Both the position numbers and the translations under genes were made by a program. A stretch of 64,000 bases of DNA from Candidatus Saccharimonadales bacterium (GTDB lineage Bacteria; Patescibacteriota; Saccharimonadia; Saccharimonadales; JAXHNE01): the NCBI GenBank assembly GCA_041600755.1, contig JBFIJL010000003.1:36678-100677 (forward strand), given 5' to 3'. The notes beneath the pieces were generated by a model. The model searched no databases. It saw nothing but the letters and a program-made list of their open reading frames with translations, and was not told where the DNA came from. This document shows, one piece after another, positions 18,892-28,763 of this stretch. How positions within the stretch are numbered: position 1 is the stretch's first letter; each line of letters opens with the position of its first letter.

Positions 18892-20637
18892 CTACCAGCC
18901 GCCGCCACCTCCGCCGCCGCCACCTCCGCCAGAGAATCCACCCCCGCCAGAGAATCCTGAACTCCCAGAACTAGAGGGGGCAGAAAAGCTTGTACCAACT
19001 GCGGCAGCTGCACTACCCAAGTTATTGGCCAGCGCTACTGCAGTAAAGCCATTCGCGGTGCCATCAAGCCAACTGGGGCTCTTGTCGATATATATGTCTT
19101 TAAATTGTTTTGCCCATGACTTTTCAACTCCCAGCACAATCGCGTATGGTAATAGTTTTTCGAATAACTCAGCAGTCTTTTCTGGTCGCGCATAATCACG
19201 CTCAACACTTTGAAGTTTATCTAGCCTATCAGACTCGGCTGTACTCATGTACAACTTGAGGCCCATTATTTTCTCATACATCTCAACGCCAGAATGACTA
19301 CGACGCTTCATGAAAGGCAATACTGCAAAAATAGCAGCGATCCCCAAAAGTCGACCAATCATCCAACCCCAACCAAGCCCTGGTAGTATGAACAAACTCC
19401 CGATTAAAACGACCCATGCGACTATCAACCGACCGTACTTACCCTTTTCAGATTCTAAATAGCCATGTTTTTCAGTAAGTGCAGTTGTCAGGGCTTTTTG
19501 TTGACTTGTCATGAAATTATGCAGAGTGCTCGAATTCTTTTCGCCTATCTTGAACTTACTTCCAATTTTCATGTCAGAGAACAGTGCTTTTAGAAGCTTT
19601 GTTTCGTGATCTGAGAAGTCTTTGGTCTTAGTTTTAATTAATTCGAGCTCGAATTTATGCTTTTTGATAAATCCAAAATAGTTTTTTGTTTCTTGATAAA
19701 TTTTTATGTACCCGGCAACCGCAAGTCCAATAATTGAGCCTGTGATATCGCGAGAATTTAATTTATAGTCCGCAAGCAGCCCAACTTCTGCAGGTATTAA
19801 CCCTTTGGGGGGCGTGTACTCCGGGACAATAACTCCTCTGCCAGCGTAATCCTTGCCGTGTTGTCGCCAAATAGTCAATGCCCAGACAGCAGTCATCAAC
19901 CCAAGTCCAAGCCCAATTATTTGCAGAGCATTATCGCTAACCCAGTCCATTGTAGTTCTCGGTGCTACAACACCTTGATTAATAGCCAGTACATAGGTAA
20001 GCCCTTCACTTGCCTCAAGTCGACGATTTGTCCGAATCGTAATCTCTTCGCCGTCAACCGACACCGTACATGCAGACTCGCTACTCCCAAAACTCCCAGT
20101 AAAGCATTTTGGCTGCAAAGCGGTATACAAAGCCCCCTCGGGCACAACCACAGTAGACTTAACGCTCAAAAATGGCTGCTGCCACTCGTCGCCGTTAACG
20201 TCCCAATATAGCTCAATGTGGTCGTCCAGAAATTGCACCACATTCTGAACTTCGTATGAAATCCTATAACGTTGCGAACCAGTAACAGTCTCGCTTGCAT
20301 CGCCAATTCTAAGAACAATATTGCCATTCTGATGCGAATCGGTGTAGGGTTCACTGGATCCGTTCCTCTGCACAGACAAGACTTTAACTTTCAAGGATTG
20401 CCCTTTGTATGACTCAGGTATTGATCGTAAAATGCCGTGATTTTGCGCAGAGAAAGCTACATCTATCATTTCAGTGACCCTCATTCGACCACCACGCGTA
20501 TCATCAAACAGCTCGTACTTTGCATCGAACGAAGTAATAACAAAATCGTTCACTGATTGTGCTTTGGCATTTACACCAAGACCAAGCAACACGACGCAAC
20601 ACAGGATGGACGCCAATAGTCGTCCAAATAATTTCAT
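18892..20637 (-). CDS. DUF2207-like membrane protein with C-terminal poly-Gly tail
   Basis: Signal peptide, large ectodomain, several TM helices and a terminal SSGSSGFSGGGGFSGGGGGGGGGGGW tail, an architecture I associate with DUF2207. Start overlaps the pheT stop (TAATG). Confidence 0.6.
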   Translation of the reverse strand: MKLFGRLLASILCCVVLLGLGVNAKAQSVNDFVITSFDAKYELFDDTRGGRMRVTEMIDVAFSAQNHGILRSIPESYKGQSLKVKVLSVQRNGSSEPYTDSHQNGNIVLRIGDASETVTGSQRYRISYEVQNVVQFLDDHIELYWDVNGDEWQQPFLSVKSTVVVPEGALYTALQPKCFTGSFGSSESACTVSVDGEEITIRTNRRLEASEGLTYVLAINQGVVAPRTTMDWVSDNALQIIGLGLGLMTAVWALTIWRQHGKDYAGRGVIVPEYTPPKGLIPAEVGLLADYKLNSRDITGSIIGLAVAGYIKIYQETKNYFGFIKKHKFELELIKTKTKDFSDHETKLLKALFSDMKIGSKFKIGEKNSSTLHNFMTSQQKALTTALTEKHGYLESEKGKYGRLIVAWVVLIGSLFILPGLGWGWMIGRLLGIAAIFAVLPFMKRRSHSGVEMYEKIMGLKLYMSTAESDRLDKLQSVERDYARPEKTAELFEKLLPYAIVLGVEKSWAKQFKDIYIDKSPSWLDGTANGFTAVALANNLGSAAAAVGTSFSAPSSSGSSGFSGGGGFSGGGGGGGGGGGW

Positions 20638-23111
20638 TACAGCCTCACGGCTCCAGTTTGCGCCCCAACCCTTTCTGCAAGCTCATTAAGCATGGAATTA
20701 ACTTCTTCTGTCTTGAGTGTTTTTTCGTGTGAAGCAATAGTAAGTCTGAAAGAATAGTGTTTTGCATCGGCATTCTCGTATATATCTAATGGCACGAGTC
20801 TCCATGTGTAGTCCGAAGATACTTCAAATGAATCACGTATAACGGAATAGATTGAGCCAAATTGCGAATCTTTCGCAACTTTCAGTGTTATATCTTGCGA
20901 AACACTTGGGAATTTCGACAGTGGACTGTATGAGGTAAACTTATTAGATTTCATGAGAACAGATGTCGAGATTTCAAAACCTGCAGCTCCAGCCGGAAGC
21001 TTGAGCGCCTTCCGCGTATTAGAGCTAAATTCACCAACAACACCCAGAACACTGTCACCGAGTTTTACGACTGCAGTTCGAGATTGATCGAATGGCGCAA
21101 GCGTCTGTCGCCCGGTTTCGTAATCAAATTCGTGGTCAATTACTTCATATCGAACACCCTTAATTCCTAACTGATCAAGCAACTCATCGAGCTGCTTTTT
21201 TGCAAAATAGTAAGCAGGCTGACTAGAGGCATTGCTTACATAAACACAAGCTACTCTCTCTTCTTCTTTTGGTAAATTATCCTCACCAACATGGCCCTTA
21301 ATATGCGTCTTGCCAATTTCAAACAAGGCAAATGTGTCATATCCTGCACGAATATTTGCGTAAACTTTATCAAGCAAACTTGGTGTGAGGCTCATGCGGT
21401 AAAACTGCAAGTCGGGACTGAGTGCATTCGTAACTTTAAATGCGTGCGCAGAATCTTGACCGACCGCCTGAATAAGCTTGCCGTGCACAAAACTGTAGGT
21501 CAAAAGCTCGTTGGCGCCTGCTGCAGCCAATTGGCTACGAATTGCCGATTTAGTAGATAGTAGCTTGTCTTTTTCTACGGGCTGCATGGAGCGCATCGGA
21601 AGATGAGCTGGCAAATGATGGAATCCTAGCAATCTTCCGACTTCCTCAACAATGTCCTCACGAATCTCTATATCGGTTCTCCAAAATGGTGGCGTTACTC
21701 GCACCGTATCGCCGTCAACTACAGAATCAAATTCAACATTTTGAAGCAACTCTGCAATATCATCAGCCTGGACTGGCTGACCTAGTCGCCGAGACACAAA
21801 CTCGGATGTAATTTCCACAGTAGGGATCGGTTCGACTTCTCCTCGTGCATCTTGCACACCCCCTGCAACTTCACCACCAGCGAGTGACTGAACCATAGCA
21901 ATTGCTTCTTCTAGAATTGTGTCGTTTTGCAGTGGCGATTGGCCCTTATTGAATCTACTTACAGCATCCGTGAAAAGACCAAGACTCATACTGGTTTTTC
22001 GAAGCTTATACATGTCAAAATTTGCACATTCAAGGATGATGTTTTTAGTGCTATCGTCGACTTCCGTATCTGCACCACCCATCACCCCACCTATGCCAAT
22101 AACCTGCGAATCGGTCGCAATTACCATATCAAAATTGCCCGGGACTGTGGTTTTTCCATTTAGCAGTTTTAATTCCGAGTTTCCGTCACCGTGACGCGCT
22201 TTTATAACGGCACCTTCTGCGTCGGTTCGACTAGCGACCTTGTCATAGTCATATGCGTGTAGAGGCTGGCCAGTTAATACCATCAAATAATTCGTAATAT
22301 CTACAATGTTATTTATGGGTTTTATGCCTACCCGCGCAAGGAATGACTGGATAATAACCGGACTCTTGCCGACAGTAACGTCACGAATTGGAACCACCAC
22401 AAATCTCGGAACAAGATCAGGAATGTCATTCTGGACGGCTAACGGCAGCTGTTCTGAACCTGGTTTTATTCGGTCTAGTGGTTGCAAGTACCACTCTGGA
22501 CTGACAAATCGTTTGTGTGAGATTCCCGCAATCTCGCGGGCCACGCCGAGCTGACCAAAACAATCAGGTCGATGTGTGAACATCTTATTTTCGATGTCAA
22601 TGATTGTATCGTTCAGCTGATAGACATCTGCAAACTTTTGCCCAACTTCGGCCGGAACATCAACTTCCAAGATTCCATCATGCTCATCGCCAATCGAGAG
22701 TTCTTTCATGCTTGCAAGCATGCCGTTGCTCATTTTTCCTCGGAGTTCACGTGCACCCAATACAAATGGATCGGTGTCATATGTTGATGGCACCGTTGCG
22801 CCAGGTGGCAACCAAGCAACCTTAATGCCAGCTTTAACATTTGGTGCACCACATACAACCTGCACCAAGCCATCTGTTCGCTCGACTCCTTCAACCACCC
22901 CACCATCATTTATCATGCAAACACTCAATTTATCAGCATCTGGGTGCTTTTCACACGACACGACTTCGGTGATTATTACGTCATTGTATTTTGGACCAAG
23001 TTCAATTACTTCCTCAACAGCACCAAGCTGCTCGCCAATTTTCTTCACCAAAATATCAGTAGATATATCTATGTCTGTAAATTGCTTTACCCAAGCTAAA
23101 CTAACTTTCAT
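20637..23111 (-). CDS. pheT: phenylalanine--tRNA ligase beta subunit
   Basis: 824 aa. N-terminal tRNA-binding domain (MKVSLAWVKQF...), B3/4, B5 and FDX-ACB domain order. Downstream of pheS. Confidence 0.95.
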   Translation of the reverse strand: MKVSLAWVKQFTDIDISTDILVKKIGEQLGAVEEVIELGPKYNDVIITEVVSCEKHPDADKLSVCMINDGGVVEGVERTDGLVQVVCGAPNVKAGIKVAWLPPGATVPSTYDTDPFVLGARELRGKMSNGMLASMKELSIGDEHDGILEVDVPAEVGQKFADVYQLNDTIIDIENKMFTHRPDCFGQLGVAREIAGISHKRFVSPEWYLQPLDRIKPGSEQLPLAVQNDIPDLVPRFVVVPIRDVTVGKSPVIIQSFLARVGIKPINNIVDITNYLMVLTGQPLHAYDYDKVASRTDAEGAVIKARHGDGNSELKLLNGKTTVPGNFDMVIATDSQVIGIGGVMGGADTEVDDSTKNIILECANFDMYKLRKTSMSLGLFTDAVSRFNKGQSPLQNDTILEEAIAMVQSLAGGEVAGGVQDARGEVEPIPTVEITSEFVSRRLGQPVQADDIAELLQNVEFDSVVDGDTVRVTPPFWRTDIEIREDIVEEVGRLLGFHHLPAHLPMRSMQPVEKDKLLSTKSAIRSQLAAAGANELLTYSFVHGKLIQAVGQDSAHAFKVTNALSPDLQFYRMSLTPSLLDKVYANIRAGYDTFALFEIGKTHIKGHVGEDNLPKEEERVACVYVSNASSQPAYYFAKKQLDELLDQLGIKGVRYEVIDHEFDYETGRQTLAPFDQSRTAVVKLGDSVLGVVGEFSSNTRKALKLPAGAAGFEISTSVLMKSNKFTSYSPLSKFPSVSQDITLKVAKDSQFGSIYSVIRDSFEVSSDYTWRLVPLDIYENADAKHYSFRLTIASHEKTLKTEEVNSMLNELAERVGAQTGAVRL

Positions 23112-23509
23112 TTTTGTACTCCTAGAATTTTGGCTTGGATTTCATCCAGCTTTGCTTCATCCGTTTTTTCTCCATCTTTGGAGGTGATATATCCTGGATA
23201 ATCTTCGTGCTGTGGGATCAGCTGTACGTGCGCATGAGCAACACCAGTTCCATCAACCGCCATGCCAACACGATCTATCCCAAAACTGCGCTTCAATGTA
23301 GTTGCAACTTCACGGACTGCCTCAAATAATGCAATGTAATCACTTTGATTTATCTCAAAAACATTATCACCTGGGTTTTCTTTTGGAATTACCACAGTAT
23401 GTCCAATGGTGTTTGGAAACGGTGTTAAGAATGCCAAATGAGTATCTGACTCCCAAACTTTCCAGGATCTCATCTCGCCCGAAACAATATCGTCAAAAAT
23501 CGTCTTCAT
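23108..23509 (-). CDS. HIT-family nucleotide hydrolase/transferase
   Basis: 133 aa. The histidine-triad region reads GVAHAHVQLIP (HxHxQ, third His replaced by Gln). ATGA overlap with pheT and TAATG overlap with pheS. Confidence 0.75.
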   Translation of the reverse strand: MKTIFDDIVSGEMRSWKVWESDTHLAFLTPFPNTIGHTVVIPKENPGDNVFEINQSDYIALFEAVREVATTLKRSFGIDRVGMAVDGTGVAHAHVQLIPQHEDYPGYITSKDGEKTDEAKLDEIQAKILGVQK

Positions 23510-24537
23510 TAAAACTGCCTCAAGAAGTCTAGTTTACCACTGTTGAAGTTTCGGATGTCTTCGATTTCGTATTTCATCATGACTAAGCGTTCGATGCCAC
23601 AACCCCAGGCAAAACCAGTGTAAATCTCTGGATCAATGTCAGCTTCTCGCAGCACATTTGGATGTATTAGCCCGCAGCCCAATAGCTCTAGCCATTGCTG
23701 CTCCTCGGAATCATCTTTTCTGAGTGCGCGTGGTCGTTCAACTGCCATTTCAAAACTCGGCTCGGTAAACGGGAAGTAAAAGGGTTGCAGCTTGACATCA
23801 AGCGCTTCGCCAAAATAGGCATTCAGGAAGGTTTGTAGAGTCGCTACCAAGTTACCTACATTTGCGCCTTTTGACACATATACTCCCTCAAGCTGATGAA
23901 ACGTATGCTCGTGCGTAGCATCGAGGTCTTCGTTACGGAACACGCGCCCCGGAATTGCCACGGCAATTGCCTTGCCTTCTTCTAGCAGGTGCTTGCGTTC
24001 GCTCATAACTCGTTGCTGCATGGTGCTCGTGTGCGCAGGCGCAATCAGACCATCTTCTGTCATGAAGGTGTCGTAATCATCACGAGCCGGGTGACCTTCT
24101 GGGAAGTTAAGGCTACTAAACATGTGGTATTCGTCGTCAATCTGGCGTGACTCAACAACTTCAAAACCCATTCGGTAGAAAATATCCGATATGCGCTCCA
24201 TCTCTGTTGTAAGCGGATGCCTAGATCCAGCATCTGCGCGACCAATCTGTGGCCTGTCTTGCAAGCTAGTGTTGGCGGCAAACGGTGCAGTGACATCGAT
24301 TGGCGGCAATGCCTCGGCAAGCTCCTGATGTTCATCAACCATCTGTTGCAGTTCATTCTTGAGTGCATTTATTTCCTGGCCAAAACCTTTTCGTTCACTT
24401 GGATCGAGCGTTGGGATTTGGCTATACAGCGCTTTTAGCTCTACCGCCTTCAAAATGTCTGACTTAACTTCGATCTCGTCAAAGCGACGCTTTAGCAACT
24501 CAGCAGTTTCTCCCACCTTCTTGTTTTGATAACTCAT
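23509..24537 (-). CDS. pheS: phenylalanine--tRNA ligase alpha subunit
   Basis: Class II aaRS motifs (FRNEDLDATHEHTFHQLEG, GFAWGCGIERL). ATG at 24537 (MSYQNKK) gives 342 aa. The track start at 24714 would run through the divergent yajQ promoter and gene start. Confidence 0.95.
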   Translation of the reverse strand: MSYQNKKVGETAELLKRRFDEIEVKSDILKAVELKALYSQIPTLDPSERKGFGQEINALKNELQQMVDEHQELAEALPPIDVTAPFAANTSLQDRPQIGRADAGSRHPLTTEMERISDIFYRMGFEVVESRQIDDEYHMFSSLNFPEGHPARDDYDTFMTEDGLIAPAHTSTMQQRVMSERKHLLEEGKAIAVAIPGRVFRNEDLDATHEHTFHQLEGVYVSKGANVGNLVATLQTFLNAYFGEALDVKLQPFYFPFTEPSFEMAVERPRALRKDDSEEQQWLELLGCGLIHPNVLREADIDPEIYTGFAWGCGIERLVMMKYEIEDIRNFNSGKLDFLRQF

Positions 24538-24594
24538 ATTGAACCCAAGTATAACACCGTATCGTGCTAAAATTAAGGGAGTAAGGGAGTTTTT

Positions 24595-25092
24595 ATGGCA
24601 AATTTTAGTTTTGATATTGTGAGCGATTACGACAAGGCGGAAATGAACAACGTCTTTGACCAAGCCCAGCGTGAAATCGACAGTCGATATGACTTCAAGG
24701 GTACAAGCGCCCAACTGGAGTGGCTAGACGGCGACAAGACCGGACTGAAGATAACCGGCGACAGTGACTACCAGATTGATGCAATCATCGAAATGGTGCG
24801 CAAAAAGCTGGCGACACGCGGCCAAAGTCAGAAAGTGCTCGACACAACCAAAGACGCAACCACCACAAACCTAAAAACCACAAAAGAGGTGCCATTCAAA
24901 AAAGGACTCGACCAAGACAAGGCCAAAAAAATAACCAAACTGGTTCGAGATAAGCTTCCAAAAGTTAAAACCCAAATTCAGGGCGATGAAGTACGCGTAA
25001 CTAGTGGAAAAAAAGATGAGCTTCAGGAGACGATGCAAATCTTAAAATCTCAAGATTTTGACTTCCCTATCTCATTTACCAACTTCCGATAA
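24595..25092 (+). CDS. yajQ: YajQ-family (UPF0234) nucleotide-binding protein
   Basis: 165 aa. N-terminal FSFDIVSDYDKAEMNNVFDQAQREIDSRYDFKGT is the characteristic YajQ start. SD AAGGGAG. Confidence 0.85.
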   Translation: MANFSFDIVSDYDKAEMNNVFDQAQREIDSRYDFKGTSAQLEWLDGDKTGLKITGDSDYQIDAIIEMVRKKLATRGQSQKVLDTTKDATTTNLKTTKEVPFKKGLDQDKAKKITKLVRDKLPKVKTQIQGDEVRVTSGKKDELQETMQILKSQDFDFPISFTNFR

Positions 25093-25125
25093 AATTCCCT
25101 AAGCATATGCGCTATACTTAAGTCT

Positions 25126-26448
25126 ATGAGCGATCTGGATGACGTGTTCGAACAGGCGAAAGCTGTTCTTGATCAGAACGATAGAGGCGATTTTACGGTG
25201 CCTGCGCCTGAACTGTATCCACACCAATGGCTATGGGATAGTGCTTTTATCGCTATCGGCCTCCGTCACGTAAACGTAGGCAGAGCACAAACCGAAATTC
25301 TTCATATCCTTGAGGCACAGTGGTCAAACGGCATGATTCCAAACATGCGTATTTCTGATCAGTATCGCACAAGTCGTGATGCAAAATTTTGGCGCAGCTG
25401 GATCAACCCTTCATCTCCATTCGATATGGCCACCAGCGGCATTACACAGCCGCCAATTCTGGCAGAAGCAGTTGTGCGCGTGGGCGAAAAGCTCACAAAG
25501 CCAGAGAAGCGTGCATGGTACAAAAAAACCTTCCCCGCTTTACTTGCCTACCATACTTGGCTGCATACAGAGCGCGACCCACACCAAGAGGGGCTAACAA
25601 TACAGGTTCACCCTTGGGAAACTGGGCTCGACAACACTCCACCATGGATGCGCGAGTTACATGAACATCAAATGCCACTCTGGATTCAAGCTGTCAGAGC
25701 ACTCAAGCTTGCTGGCATTATTAAGCTGTTTAGGCGCGACACGAAACTTATTCCAGCCGAACAACGACTGGACACCATAGAAGCGCTTAGCCTATACAGT
25801 ATTCAGCGTCGGCTGCGTCGAAAAATGTACGACATTGATCGAATCTTAAGCCACTCACACTTTGCAATCGAAGATCTGAGCTTCAATTGCATGCTCATAC
25901 GAAACGATACGCTATTGAGAGAAATTGCTGAATTCATCAAAGAACCACTCAGCGACAACCTTCATGAGCAAATGCAAAAAACAGTAAACAATCTGGAATC
26001 TCTCTGGGATCCATATAGCAACCAGTACTTTTCTCGCAACTTTGTCACCCACAAACTCATAAAAGAGCCCAGCATTGCTGCACTAATGCCGTTGTATGCA
26101 GGCACAATCAGCAAAGAACGTGCAAAACTACTCGTCAAGCAACTCGAAAACGAGCATGCCTACGGCCCGAACTTTCCTGTGCCGAGCGTAAGTGTGGAGT
26201 CGCCGTGGTTCAAACAGCTTGGTTATTGGCAAGGTCCCACTTGGGTCAACACTAACTGGTTGCTCATGGACGGCCTAAAACGGATGGGCTATCAGGAACA
26301 CGCGGATGCTCTTAAAGATTCCACTCTAGACATGGTAGGAACGAGTGGCATGTACGAGTACTTCAGCCCTCTCGATGGTAGCCCAGGTGGCGCCAACAAC
26401 TTCTCTTGGACAGCTGCCCTTACGATCGACCTCATAAAGTCAAAATAA
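25126..26448 (+). CDS. GH63-like (alpha/alpha)6 glycoside hydrolase (mannosylglycerate/glucosylglycerate hydrolase-like)
   Basis: 440 aa. LYPHQWLWDSAFIAIGL and GITQPPIL resemble the GH63/MGH family as I recall it. No signal peptide. TATACT 7 nt upstream of the ATG. Confidence 0.55.
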   Translation: MSDLDDVFEQAKAVLDQNDRGDFTVPAPELYPHQWLWDSAFIAIGLRHVNVGRAQTEILHILEAQWSNGMIPNMRISDQYRTSRDAKFWRSWINPSSPFDMATSGITQPPILAEAVVRVGEKLTKPEKRAWYKKTFPALLAYHTWLHTERDPHQEGLTIQVHPWETGLDNTPPWMRELHEHQMPLWIQAVRALKLAGIIKLFRRDTKLIPAEQRLDTIEALSLYSIQRRLRRKMYDIDRILSHSHFAIEDLSFNCMLIRNDTLLREIAEFIKEPLSDNLHEQMQKTVNNLESLWDPYSNQYFSRNFVTHKLIKEPSIAALMPLYAGTISKERAKLLVKQLENEHAYGPNFPVPSVSVESPWFKQLGYWQGPTWVNTNWLLMDGLKRMGYQEHADALKDSTLDMVGTSGMYEYFSPLDGSPGGANNFSWTAALTIDLIKSK

Positions 26449-26451
26449 TTA

Positions 26452-27612
26452 CTAAAACTTGGCGATACGATTACCTTTGCGCCAGGTTTTAAGCGCCATT
26501 TTGTAGGGCTGAAAATTGCGGTAAATTGCAAGATCTGCACGCCGACGAGCCAGCCAAGCCTTGTAGCCGCTTATAACTTTAGTCTTTGTTTGTAGAATCG
26601 CCCACTTTGGACCAATTGGCACTGCATAGATTGGCCGTATAGCTCTATACCATTGCAACTTTTCCCCTTGTAGCTCTAACAATATGTTCTTAGACAAAAA
26701 CATTGCGTCATGTAGTGCTGTTTGCGCCATACCCGTATACGGAGTCGCTGCATTGTCGCCAATAACATAAATATCATCGTTGCCAACCGCCCGCAAATAC
26801 TGGTCAACCTTAACTCGACCACGCTCAAGTTCGAATACATTACTGTGGTCTGCATAGAATCCAACTGCCTTACTTCCAGCTGTCCAAACAATCAAGTCTG
26901 CATCAATATCACCCGTGCTAATGCACACTTTCCCGGGCAAGCAAGAATTTACTTGAGTCCCCAACATAACCTTCACTCCAAGTTGCTTTAATCGAGATAG
27001 GGCTTTTTTGCTAGCTTTAGTATCAAGAAGTGGCAAAACAGTATTCGAACCCTCGATTAGTGTTGCGGCAACCTTGCTCCTTGGCAGTGAAAACTTTTCT
27101 GCCACCATGTCTGCAAAGTGCTGTAACTCTCCAACAAGCTCTACCCCGGCTGGCCCTGCTCCAATAACCGCAATTTTAACCGCCTTCTTGCTGCTCTTAA
27201 ATAACGTAGTCATTTCGTGTCTCAGTGCTATGGTGTTGCTAATCGTGTCCAAGGTCATGGTCGAATCTTCCATGCCGGTAATTCCAAAATAATTCACCAC
27301 ATTGCCCATGGCGAATACAACCTTATCGTAATCATAGGTCGTCCCGGACTCGCTCACCACATACTTTTTTCTTGCATCAAGTCCGACGACCCTATCAAGC
27401 ACAAGTCGCACGTTTTTGGCCCGTTTAAATATATCCCTAAGTGGCAAAACTACCTCAAGAGGCGAACGGCCAGTACCAGAACGATATAGAGCTGCATGAT
27501 ATTCAAAATTCTGGATTTGACTAATCAGAGTCACCTTAACGTTTTTTTTGTTTGCCAACTCCAAGGCCAATTTAGTGCCGCCAAATCCACTACCAACCAC
27601 AACAATATTCAT
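26452..27612 (-). CDS. ndh: type II NADH dehydrogenase-like FAD-dependent oxidoreductase
   Basis: 386 aa. Two dinucleotide-binding motifs (VVVGSGFGG, AVIGAGPAGVE) with NDH-2-like spacing. Confidence 0.7.
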   Translation of the reverse strand: MNIVVVGSGFGGTKLALELANKKNVKVTLISQIQNFEYHAALYRSGTGRSPLEVVLPLRDIFKRAKNVRLVLDRVVGLDARKKYVVSESGTTYDYDKVVFAMGNVVNYFGITGMEDSTMTLDTISNTIALRHEMTTLFKSSKKAVKIAVIGAGPAGVELVGELQHFADMVAEKFSLPRSKVAATLIEGSNTVLPLLDTKASKKALSRLKQLGVKVMLGTQVNSCLPGKVCISTGDIDADLIVWTAGSKAVGFYADHSNVFELERGRVKVDQYLRAVGNDDIYVIGDNAATPYTGMAQTALHDAMFLSKNILLELQGEKLQWYRAIRPIYAVPIGPKWAILQTKTKVISGYKAWLARRRADLAIYRNFQPYKMALKTWRKGNRIAKF

Positions 27613-28706
27613 TAGTCATCTTCCTCGGTTGGCCTTGTGACAGTTCCCTCAATTGCCCCAACAGTTTCACCGGAAATTTTATAAACGTCAGTGTCAACTT
27701 TGCGAAACTCTTTGCTGGCATTATTAAAGTGACCAACTGTAGTTCCGAGTGAATTGCCTAGCTTCTCCATATAGGTTTTGTAGCCACCCAGATGTCGGCC
27801 AAGCTTGCCAACATTCTTTTGAATGTCCTTAGCCTTCTCTTCAATTTCAAGCGCGCGTAAGCCTTGCAGGACAGTCTGCAGATATGCCATGAAAGTAGTT
27901 GGGCTAACAATAATCACCTGCTTCTCACGAAATGCATACTCCAGTAAATCGCGGGCTGAAGTGCCAGTAGATCCGACCTTGTTAATCAATAAATCGTAGT
28001 AAATCGCCTCTGATGGAATAAACATAAAGGCGTAGTCCATTGTATCTTCTTTAGGCCTAATATACTTGGCTGTCTCATCAATTCGTAGCTTAAGGTCAGC
28101 CTTGAATGACTTAACATGCCGGTCTCTATCTGTGTCGCTCTTAGCTTCGAGTACACGGTTATAGTTTTCAAGACTAAACTTACTATCCACCGGGAGAATT
28201 TTGCCATCCAGCTGTATTATGGCGTCAACGATTACCCCGTCTTTAAACTTGTACTGCAGTTTGTAGCCGTCTGGCGGGAGAACATTCTTGAGAACTTGGT
28301 CAAGGTAGTATTCGCCCAAAACCCCTCGCTGCTTTGGATTCTGAAGCACATTTTGCAGCACCTTCAGCTCGCTCGCAATTGAACCAACCTGCTGATTGGT
28401 TTTTTCCAGTTCAGTGAGTTTGCTAGTGACGTCTTTTATGATGGTGGCACTTTGTTCGAATTGTTTTTGCATCTGTTCGGCATTTTTATCCATGCGCGTC
28501 GAAAGCTGCAAGCTAAGTCCTTCGCGGAGTTGCCCGATCGAAGAAGTTAGTGTTGTGATGTCATGCTTGAGCATCAAGGATGAGTTTTGATCCTGGGAAT
28601 TATTCTCCCTCTTATCACGAATAATAAACAGCAACAGCGCAGCGTTGCATAGGGCCAGTATTCCGATAACGATAAGCATTATTCTATTGTACATGCAGGC
28701 CGTCAT
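27612..28706 (-). CDS. rmuC: DNA recombination protein RmuC
   Basis: N-terminal TM helix, coiled coil and an RmuC nuclease-like C-terminal domain (DAIIQLDGKILPVDSKFSLENY). Start chosen at ATG 28706 (TAAAAT 7 nt upstream). ATG 28694 is also possible. The track start at 28796 overlaps the fur gene. Confidence 0.75.
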   Translation of the reverse strand: MTACMYNRIMLIVIGILALCNAALLLFIIRDKRENNSQDQNSSLMLKHDITTLTSSIGQLREGLSLQLSTRMDKNAEQMQKQFEQSATIIKDVTSKLTELEKTNQQVGSIASELKVLQNVLQNPKQRGVLGEYYLDQVLKNVLPPDGYKLQYKFKDGVIVDAIIQLDGKILPVDSKFSLENYNRVLEAKSDTDRDRHVKSFKADLKLRIDETAKYIRPKEDTMDYAFMFIPSEAIYYDLLINKVGSTGTSARDLLEYAFREKQVIIVSPTTFMAYLQTVLQGLRALEIEEKAKDIQKNVGKLGRHLGGYKTYMEKLGNSLGTTVGHFNNASKEFRKVDTDVYKISGETVGAIEGTVTRPTEEDD

Positions 28707-28728
28707 CAGTGCTATTTTATTTATAACT

Positions 28729-28743
28729 TGCGAATTATTCGTA
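28729..28743. promoter_or_regulatory. 7-1-7 inverted repeat, candidate Fur-family operator
   Basis: TGCGAAT-T-ATTCGTA (core CGAAT-T-ATTCG is perfect) lies between the divergent rmuC and fur -10 boxes, 9 nt upstream of the fur TAGAAT box (28752-28757). Confidence 0.35.
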
Positions 28744-28763
28744 AATTCGTCTAGAATAGAGAC

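Noticed and set aside
18887-19195. 102-aa poly-Pro ORF on the plus strand
   Set aside because: It is the antisense reading of the Gly-rich repeat tail of the DUF2207-like gene, so it is an artefact of GGN/NCC repeats.
24538-24714. N-terminal 59-aa extension of pheS in the track ORF
   Set aside because: The extension overlaps the divergent yajQ start and promoter and has no similarity to PheS. ATG 24537 gives a canonical 342-aa product.
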